DNA of 20,000 nt, taken from positions 44,491-64,490 of the forward strand of contig JBNAUL010000001.1 of assembly GCA_049700835.1 (NCBI GenBank). Reading direction: 5' to 3'. The stretch is from Candidatus Woesearchaeota archaeon (GTDB taxonomy: Archaea > Nanobdellota > Nanobdellia > Woesearchaeales > WAPY01). Of this stretch, positions 9,948 to 16,576 are shown piece after piece. A program made the translations under genes and the position numbers. Under the pieces are notes generated by a model. That model was not told the DNA's origin, did no database searches, and was given only the letters and a program-made list of their open reading frames with translations. The stretch's first letter is position 1; every line of letters starts with the position of its first letter.

Positions 9948-11657
9948 ATGAAACTATTCCAAATAATAAAAAAGAACATAAGGATACTTGTAAAATCAAA
10001 ATCAACTTTGCTCACAATGATTTTAGGCCCTCTATTGGTAATGTTTCTCCTTGGGCTTGCTTTTGACAATGCAAACATATACAGAATAAACATTGGAGTT
10101 TACTTCAATGAAAAGAATAACCTGACCGAATCCTTTGTGGACAAACTTGAAACAAAGTTCAGGGTTGTGGAATATGAAAACCCTGAAAAGTGCATTGAAA
10201 GCATAAAACTTGAGACAATAAACACATGCATTATTTTTCCTGAAAACATGAGCATAGAAGAAAACAAAACAAACGAAGTTCAGTTCTATGTTGATTACTC
10301 TAAAATAAACCTTGTTTGGATGATTAGGGATGTAATAATGAGCAGTTTAGAGGAGAGAAGCGAGGAGATAACCCAAGATTTAACAAACCAACTGCTTGAA
10401 AAGATTGAAAGAATTGAAAAAGAGGTCAAGGAAAAGCAGCCAATTCTTATAGAAATGACAACCATAAACAACCTGCTGAGCGAGAATGCAAAGAGCGTGC
10501 AGGCAAAATTGAATGAATTGGATGTAAGTTTCAATCCAAGTTCTTTCAAAGCCAGCGAAATAAAAGAACAGATTGCAAAGTTAAAGACATTGAGTTCTGA
10601 TTCAATAGGCAGCTCCAACGACACCTTAAACTACATAAAATCCGTTGTTTCCTCTTCCAATCTTTCCTCATCTGAGAAGAATTCAATCAACAACAAAATT
10701 TTGGAAGCACAAGATGAGTTGAGCAATATAAAGTCAGCGGTAAATAACATTTACAATAATGAAAATTCTGGAGAGCTTAACATCTTGATGAGCAACCTTG
10801 CTTCAAGGATCTCTGAAGTTGAGAAAAAGTTTGAAGCAATCAACAAAACCCTGCAGAATGCAAGCAAGAGCTTGGATTACTCAAAAACCAAACTTTCAGA
10901 GGGGCTTTTAGGAATAATAAAATTGCAAGAAGGTTTCAACAACATAAACAAGGAAATAAGAAGCATAGAAATAAGAAGTGCTGAAAAGATAGTCAAACCA
11001 ATAACAATAACAATAAAACCGCTGAGTTATAAAAAGACCCATTTAAATTTTCTGTTCCCAACATTGGTAACAATAGTTTTAATGTTTGTAAGCATAATGC
11101 TGAGCTCTCTGATGGTTGTCATTGAAAAGAACTCTCCTGCATACTTTAGAAATTGCATAAGTCCTACGCACCAAAGCCTGTTCTCAATAGCAACTATAAT
11201 AACAACTATTTTGGTTGTGATGCCACAATTCCTTATTCTGTTCTGCATAGCAATGATTTATGTAAAAACAGAGTTGATAGCAAGTTTTTGGAGTTCATTT
11301 GCAATAGCTCTTCTAAGCATAATTGTTTTCACATTAATAGGAATGCTTATTGCCCAATTCTTTAAAAGAGAAGAAACTGCAATGGTTGCTGCGCTCATAA
11401 TTAGCACTCTATTCTTGTTTTTATCTAACACCATAATTCCAATTGAAAGCATGAACATAGTTCTTGCGAAGATAGCAAACTACAGCCCCTTTGTCATTTC
11501 AGAATTTCTCTTCAGGCACAGCTTGATATTCCAAACAAAACTCATTAATGTTTTATTTCAGTTAGAAATTCTCTGTTTATACATACTTATTCTGTTTGCA
11601 GTTGTGCTGGCAAAGGACTTTGCTTTTAATAGAAACCATAAGAAGATAAAAACATAA
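9948..11657 (+). CDS. ABC-2 type permease with a large extracellular coiled-coil insert (YhgE/Pip-like architecture)
   Basis: N-terminal TM helix, a long soluble region with heptad-like helical character, then about 5 TM helices (FLFPTLV..., LSNTIIPIE). Directly follows the ATPase gene. Confidence 0.85.
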   Translation: MKLFQIIKKNIRILVKSKSTLLTMILGPLLVMFLLGLAFDNANIYRINIGVYFNEKNNLTESFVDKLETKFRVVEYENPEKCIESIKLETINTCIIFPENMSIEENKTNEVQFYVDYSKINLVWMIRDVIMSSLEERSEEITQDLTNQLLEKIERIEKEVKEKQPILIEMTTINNLLSENAKSVQAKLNELDVSFNPSSFKASEIKEQIAKLKTLSSDSIGSSNDTLNYIKSVVSSSNLSSSEKNSINNKILEAQDELSNIKSAVNNIYNNENSGELNILMSNLASRISEVEKKFEAINKTLQNASKSLDYSKTKLSEGLLGIIKLQEGFNNINKEIRSIEIRSAEKIVKPITITIKPLSYKKTHLNFLFPTLVTIVLMFVSIMLSSLMVVIEKNSPAYFRNCISPTHQSLFSIATIITTILVVMPQFLILFCIAMIYVKTELIASFWSSFAIALLSIIVFTLIGMLIAQFFKREETAMVAALIISTLFLFLSNTIIPIESMNIVLAKIANYSPFVISEFLFRHSLIFQTKLINVLFQLEILCLYILILFAVVLAKDFAFNRNHKKIKT

Positions 11658-12857
11658 AACATAATTAAAACAAAAAAAATTTTGGGTTAATTTTCTTAGT
11701 GGTTATAAAGCAAAAGTGTTAAGAAGCGTACATGTTAAGAACAGTTCTGCTAAAAATAAGAAACTCCAACAACAGTGATTTTACAACAAAATGAAAAAAT
11801 AAAAAACAACAAAGAAAACAACAAAGAGAAAAGATAATAATTATGATGTCAAAACAAGATGCTTGGATAGGCATAAGATTTAACGAAAATATTCAACAGA
11901 AACAGCAAAAGCAGTTCTTAAAGACCATATAATATAGAATAAGGATGAACGAGGATGAACGCACTTAAGAAAAATTCATTTATAAATTAAAATTTAGATT
12001 TATCAGCAAATGATTATAGAATTATGGGCACCATAATCTTTGGCGTTTTAAAAGTTTTTGGTTTATTTTTGCATAAAAATTCACTTTTTGAATATAAAAA
12101 CATATAAAAACTATTTTTATTAACTTTTTATTAAATATTTAAACAGCAAAATCAATAAAAATGTAATTTTTTGTTGATTTTTTGCGATTTTTGTTGCAAT
12201 TTTCGTGTTTTAAAGTAAACAAAGCAAATCTTATAGAAAACTCTCACTTTTTATGAATAAAAATCTTATTATTGTTGGCTAAACTTTATTAAAAATACGT
12301 ATTTTAAAAATTATCAAAAATATCATTAAAAATCTCTAAATCCCTGGTTTAAAACTCATAAAACAATAACAAAAAGTGAGAAAACTAAGATTATTGCATT
12401 CTGTTGAGATTCTTGTACTTAACAGGGACTTAACAAGGCTTAACAGAGTTTTAGAACAAAATTCTGTATAAAAAATCCAAAATGCAATTTTTAACATAAA
12501 ATTGTTTTGTGATATGTATTTTATTTAACAACAATTGTATTTATTATTTATTAATATATCTTTTAAAATTATTATTATAAAATATAATAGTTGCATTTGG
12601 TTGCTCTGATTTTAAGTAATTATTAAAAAGTAAATAAAATAAAATTGTTTGTTCAGTTTGTTTAATCAAGTTGCGCAAAGGTGTTTTTTTCAACAAATCT
12701 TTTTTAAAATTCTTTTTATATTTTGTTTTTTTCGCGCTTAAAATCATGTCCTGATGTGTCCTTGTCATGTCCCGATCATGTCCCGATCATGTCCTTTTTT
12801 CAGGACATGTCCTTAAAAAACAAAGGACAAAAACAGCAAAAGAAGAAATTTCTTTTT
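11658..12857. other. 1.2-kb non-coding AT-rich region between convergent genes, repeat-rich; candidate replication origin or centromere-like locus
   Basis: No credible ORF in an otherwise gene-dense window. 12481-12660 has 27 G+C in 180 bp (15%). Contains several repeat families (see findings). The function is inferred. Confidence 0.5.
12743..12829 (+). repeat. Helically phased direct-repeat array (consensus ATCATGTCCyg) x5, plus palindrome AGGACATGTCCT and a further inverted GGACA
   Basis: TGTCC cores at 12747, 12757, 12768, 12779 and 12790 (spacing 10, 11, 11, 11). Perfect 12-bp palindrome at 12802-12813. GGACA at 12803 and 12825, 22 bp apart. Confidence 0.95.
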
Positions 12858-13619
12858 TTATCTTCCTGAAATCTTTAATTTCATTTCTTCTGTAAGATAA
12901 AATGCCTTTTCTTTTGAAGAAACAAGTTTGTCATTTATACCAAAACCCTTCTTCCTAAGTTCGTAAATTGAATTCCTTATTGTTTTTTCTTCTCTGCCCA
13001 ACATCCTCGACAAATCCGCATATGTCAATGGAGAATCTGATTCATATAAAATTTTTAGCAAGCTCTTTTCTGTTACTGAAAGTTCATTTTCATCGCGAAA
13101 TTCTGCAATTCTTTTTTTAACAACAAAATTCTTTGATTTTTTGAGTTCCCTATCAAAAAATTCTTTTTCAAACAAGAAAACCCTGTCTTTTCTCACGTCC
13201 TGATATGTCCCAATCATGTCCCGATCATGTCCCGACATGTCCTTATCATGTCCTGACGCGTCCTTTTTTTTGGAAAGCTCTGATTTTATTGCTTCAAACA
13301 ACTCTCTTATGTCATTGTGAACTTTTTTGATTTCAGCTATTTCATATTCCAAGCCCCTTTTCTCTTCAGATATTTTTAATGATGAAACATTGCTTTCAAG
13401 AAGAGCTGTCTTTTTCTCAATTTCATTCAACCTTGAAACAAGAGAATCTAGTCTTTTGTTCTGCTCATCAACCAAAACCCTTATTTCGGCATGTTCTGAT
13501 TCGTTCTTTAGAATCTTTGCATTAAAGAAATCTATCCAAAGTTTTACATTAAAAAACTCTGCCTTTATTTTTAAAAATGCTGCTTTTAGGGCTTGATTTA
13601 TGTTTTCTAAGCTTGGCAT
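12858..13619 (-). CDS. Uncharacterised protein: N-terminal coiled coil, repeat-encoded linker, C-terminal winged-HTH DNA-binding domain
   Basis: C-terminus LSVTEKSLLKILYESDSPLTYADLSRMLGREEKTIRNSIYELRKKGFGI reads as an HTH_11/MarR-like wHTH. The N-terminal half has heptad character. Start moved from 13670 to ATG 13619, with a TTTTAAAT TATA-like box about 25 bp upstream. Confidence 0.8.
   Translation of the reverse strand: MPSLENINQALKAAFLKIKAEFFNVKLWIDFFNAKILKNESEHAEIRVLVDEQNKRLDSLVSRLNEIEKKTALLESNVSSLKISEEKRGLEYEIAEIKKVHNDIRELFEAIKSELSKKKDASGHDKDMSGHDRDMIGTYQDVRKDRVFLFEKEFFDRELKKSKNFVVKKRIAEFRDENELSVTEKSLLKILYESDSPLTYADLSRMLGREEKTIRNSIYELRKKGFGINDKLVSSKEKAFYLTEEMKLKISGR
13192..13265 (+). repeat. 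Intragenic helically phased repeat array (same ATCATGTCC unit) x7
   Basis: YGTCC cores at 13196, 13206, 13217, 13228, 13238, 13249 and 13259. Spacings 10, 11, 11, 10, 11, 10 give 63 bp over 6 steps, or 10.5 bp. On the minus strand it encodes DASGHDK-DMSGHDR-DMIGTYQ-DV. Confidence 0.95.
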
Positions 13620-13638
13620 AATCAAAAAATAAACGCTT

Positions 13639-13650
13639 AGATTTAAAATC
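13639..13650 (-). promoter_or_regulatory. Putative TATA box of the wHTH gene (leaderless transcript)
   Basis: The minus strand reads AAAAGATTTTAAATCT, centred about 25 bp before ATG 13619, with a purine-rich BRE-like stretch 5' of it. Confidence 0.45.
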
Positions 13651-13940
13651 TTTTTGTTTTTTAAAATCATTTTTGGGCACCATAAATTTATTGATTTTGC
13701 AGTTTGTTTATGAAAAGTGAGAGTTGGCTATTATGTTTTTTGGATTTATAATAAAAGTTTACTGAATATACTGCTGAATATACTAATAAACAATAAAAAT
13801 AATAATGCAAAATACATTTTTGAAAACATATCTTATTTTACATTTTTGGTTTATTTTTTATTTTTGTCAAAAAACCGTTTAAATATGGTTTAAATATGGT
13901 TTTAATAAGCTTTATAAATAAAGAAATAATAGATTTTTTT

Positions 13941-15005
13941 ATGAAACATATCAGCAGTTATGAACTGATGAGACTTATTGAAGAAATGGAATTTTTAATA
14001 GGTAAAAGGCTTGAAAAGGCGTTTCAGGAGAACAGCGAACTCTTTTTGAGATTTGACACAAAACCAAAAACAACCGTTAGAATAAGCATTCCAAATTTCA
14101 TATACATTACAAAAAATTCTCCAAAGTCCTTTATTGGAATCTCAAAGATGATAAGGAGCTTATTCTCCAATCATAAACTTGCATCCATGAGACAGCACAA
14201 TTTTGACAGATTGGTAGAGTTTGATTTCAGCAGCAGAAAGATTTTCATAGAATTGTTTGATAAAGGAAACATAGTCCTGTGCGATGAAAATAATAAGATA
14301 ATTGGATTTCTGAGAAGCGAAAACATGAATAGAAGTATAAAGAACGGGCAGAAGTATTCTGCTCCTGAAAAAATAGATCCCTTCTCTATAAGCAAAAAAG
14401 AATTTGCAGAATTGTTTAACAATAAAAATAAGGAGCTTGTAAAGTTCATTGCATCTGAACTCGGATTTGGGGGGGTTTATGCTGAGGAAATATGCCTTAA
14501 CTCAGGAATAAACAAAAACAAGAAATTCTTAAGCGAAGAGGAATGCGAACTCATTTTAAAAATAATTCATGAAATAAAAAATAAAGAAAAAAAGCCTTCA
14601 ATTGTATATGAGAACAATCATCCTATAGATGTTGTCCCAATTGAATTAAAGTTCTATTCTGGTAAAGAACACATTCTGTTTGAAAATTACTCTTCTGCAT
14701 TGGAAGAATTCTGCAAAATCACGCAAAAGCGGGTTGTTGATAAGGAAGAAGAAAAAATTTTAAAAGCATTGGAAATGCAGAAGCGTGGAATTGAAAACAT
14801 AATTAAAGAACAAAGAGAGATTGAATTGATAGTCAGTTTGATTTATCAAAACTTTCAAAATATAAATAATTTCTTTGAAAAGATTAGAAAAATAATTAAA
14901 GAACCAACAAATAATAATGAAAAGGAAGAAAAAATCAAATCCCTGAAGAAATTTAAGGTTCATGAAATAAATTTCAAGGAAAAATTCGTTGTTTTGGAGT
15001 TATAA
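13941..15005 (+). CDS. NFACT/Rqc2 (FbpA-like) protein, N-terminal half only (NFACT-N + HhH + first coiled coil)
   Basis: QHNFDRLVEF, IELFDKGNIVLCD, LGFGGVYAEEICLNSGI (HhH), DVVPIEL. The protein stops before CC2 and NFACT-R. ATG 13941 is preferred because a TTTATAAA box lies at 13911. Confidence 0.85.
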   Translation: MKHISSYELMRLIEEMEFLIGKRLEKAFQENSELFLRFDTKPKTTVRISIPNFIYITKNSPKSFIGISKMIRSLFSNHKLASMRQHNFDRLVEFDFSSRKIFIELFDKGNIVLCDENNKIIGFLRSENMNRSIKNGQKYSAPEKIDPFSISKKEFAELFNNKNKELVKFIASELGFGGVYAEEICLNSGINKNKKFLSEEECELILKIIHEIKNKEKKPSIVYENNHPIDVVPIELKFYSGKEHILFENYSSALEEFCKITQKRVVDKEEEKILKALEMQKRGIENIIKEQREIELIVSLIYQNFQNINNFFEKIRKIIKEPTNNNEKEEKIKSLKKFKVHEINFKEKFVVLEL

Positions 15006-15007
15006 GC

Positions 15008-15907
15008 ATGCAAAAAACCGATAATAAAAATGATTCAAATAATTCAGAGAAAGCAGAAAAAGGTTTAGGTAGTTTAGTAATAAAGCCAAACATAAATGCT
15101 GTGTTCTTTTTCAGTGTTCTCAATATAATATTTGTCCTGATTTTAATCTTCGGAATTTCAAAGCTGATAGTATATTTTGTTGGAGAAAATCCGTTAAACT
15201 CACTGATAGAAATCTTGAGCATTTCAGGGATAGTAAAGGGCGGAGAAGGTTTAATATCATTAATAAATAATGTTTTAATTTTTATAATAATTATTTCCTG
15301 TTCAACCTATCTGTTGCTAAGTATTATAAGGGTAAATAACCTCTGCTTGGAATTAGAAGAGTTCTCTTTGAATTACACTTTTGGAATACTTGTAAAAAAG
15401 AACGAGAGAATAAGCTATGATAATATCATTAAAGTAAAATACAAAGAGTTCGTATTTGGGCTTGGAAAGATTATCATTGAAAGATACAATGTTGACAAAA
15501 CAATAGAAATGCCGTTTGTAAGCAGCGTAAGAGAGAATTTTGAAATTCTTAGGCAGAGCATAAAGGAAGGGTTGAAGAGAGAACTAAAAGAAGAAATTAA
15601 AAAAACCAGTGAAGGAAAACTTCCAGAGTATAATGTCAATGAAATTATTGAGATGCTGACAAAGGAAAATACTGATGCAAACGAAGTGCTAAACACTTTT
15701 AAAAACATCTCAAAAACTCAACCAATTACTAAAGAAACAAAGAATGTTTTCAAGCTTGTGCTCTTGGAACTTATAAAGAGAAGGATTATTAGCAGAGAAA
15801 TCATGAGGGAAGTTCTCAGGGCTTTGAGAGAACAAAACTTTATATCAAAGGAAGATATTGTTGACATAGTTGAGCTCAGATTTGCTATTGAAGAATCAAT
15901 ATATTAA
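15008..15907 (+). CDS. Membrane protein with two TM helices, a bacterial PH-like (bPH_2) domain and a helical C-terminal domain
   Basis: LNYTFGILVKKNERISYDNI...FGLGKIII resembles the bPH_2 pattern. Two hydrophobic segments precede it. Confidence 0.6.
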   Translation: MQKTDNKNDSNNSEKAEKGLGSLVIKPNINAVFFFSVLNIIFVLILIFGISKLIVYFVGENPLNSLIEILSISGIVKGGEGLISLINNVLIFIIIISCSTYLLLSIIRVNNLCLELEEFSLNYTFGILVKKNERISYDNIIKVKYKEFVFGLGKIIIERYNVDKTIEMPFVSSVRENFEILRQSIKEGLKRELKEEIKKTSEGKLPEYNVNEIIEMLTKENTDANEVLNTFKNISKTQPITKETKNVFKLVLLELIKRRIISREIMREVLRALREQNFISKEDIVDIVELRFAIEESIY

Positions 15908-15965
15908 TGAAAAATTAAATAACAATCTAAAAATTAACATAAAACACAAAAATCTGGTGAGTTCT

Positions 15966-16547
15966 GTGTTTGTAAGGATTAAAAAACACAAAGACAAGGA
16001 ATATGCTTATCTTGTTGAGAACATTTGGACTAAAAAGGGAACAAGGCAAAAATCAAGAAAATATCTTGGAAGGATTGTGGATTTTTCAAAAAGCACTGTT
16101 CCTATGAAAGACTATCTTAAAACTGCAAAAACTGCAGAAGAATTTGAGATAGAAGAATTCAAAAAGCGAGATTTTGATTCTGCAATAAAAAAACTTTTGG
16201 AAATTGAACTGCTTAAACTTGGCTTTAAAAAAAAGGCAGAATTTGCTTTTGAAAAAGAGTTCAATGGCAAAACATTTAATGTTGATCTAAAAGAATTGAA
16301 TTTTGTTTCAGGCAAAAAGAATTTTGTAATAAAAAACAACGAAGGATTTATATGCAGGGAAACAATAGAAAACCTGCTCGGAACAAGAATTGAAAAAAAG
16401 GAAAGCGAAACAGAGCAAAGGAATGCGTTAATAAAAGAACTTTTAAAAAATCTTTTAGAAGCCGGTTTAAAGCCTGAAAAGGATTTTTTGCTTTTGCTGC
16501 ATGACAAGTGCTTGGAGAAAATAAGCAACACAGATAAAAAAAAGTAG
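15966..16547 (+). CDS. Hypothetical protein with a basic N-terminal beta domain resembling IS1634 transposase N-termini; no DDE domain
   Basis: GTG 15966 follows a GGTGA RBS at 15956-15960 and gives MFVRIKKHKDKEYAYLVENIWTKKGTRQKSRKYLGR. Confidence 0.65.
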   Translation: MFVRIKKHKDKEYAYLVENIWTKKGTRQKSRKYLGRIVDFSKSTVPMKDYLKTAKTAEEFEIEEFKKRDFDSAIKKLLEIELLKLGFKKKAEFAFEKEFNGKTFNVDLKELNFVSGKKNFVIKNNEGFICRETIENLLGTRIEKKESETEQRNALIKELLKNLLEAGLKPEKDFLLLLHDKCLEKISNTDKKK

Positions 16548-16576
16548 AGCAAGCATAAGCGCTGCTGAACTAGAAA

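Noticed and set aside
12544..12768. 74-aa minus-strand ORF (MTRTHQDMILS...)
   Set aside because: Its ATG comes from the CATG in the repeat, and the rest is low-complexity K/N/I/Y sequence from AT-rich DNA. No RBS or motif.
11658..12857. Canonical archaeal ORB boxes, tRNA or structured RNA in the large gap
   Set aside because: I found no TCCA-N-TGGA/G-string ORB consensus, no cloverleaf or TpsiC motif and no GC-rich stem region by eye. A covariance-model search was not possible.
12743..13265. The two related repeat blocks as a DGR template/variable repeat pair or a CRISPR array
   Set aside because: There is no reverse transcriptase or cas gene in the window. The blocks are short tandem 10-11-bp units without unique spacers. 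Differences are not adenine-specific and the blocks are not collinear copies.
15870..16547. Active IS element
   Set aside because: No DDE catalytic domain, terminal inverted repeats or target duplication seen, and the ORF is far too short for an IS1634 transposase.
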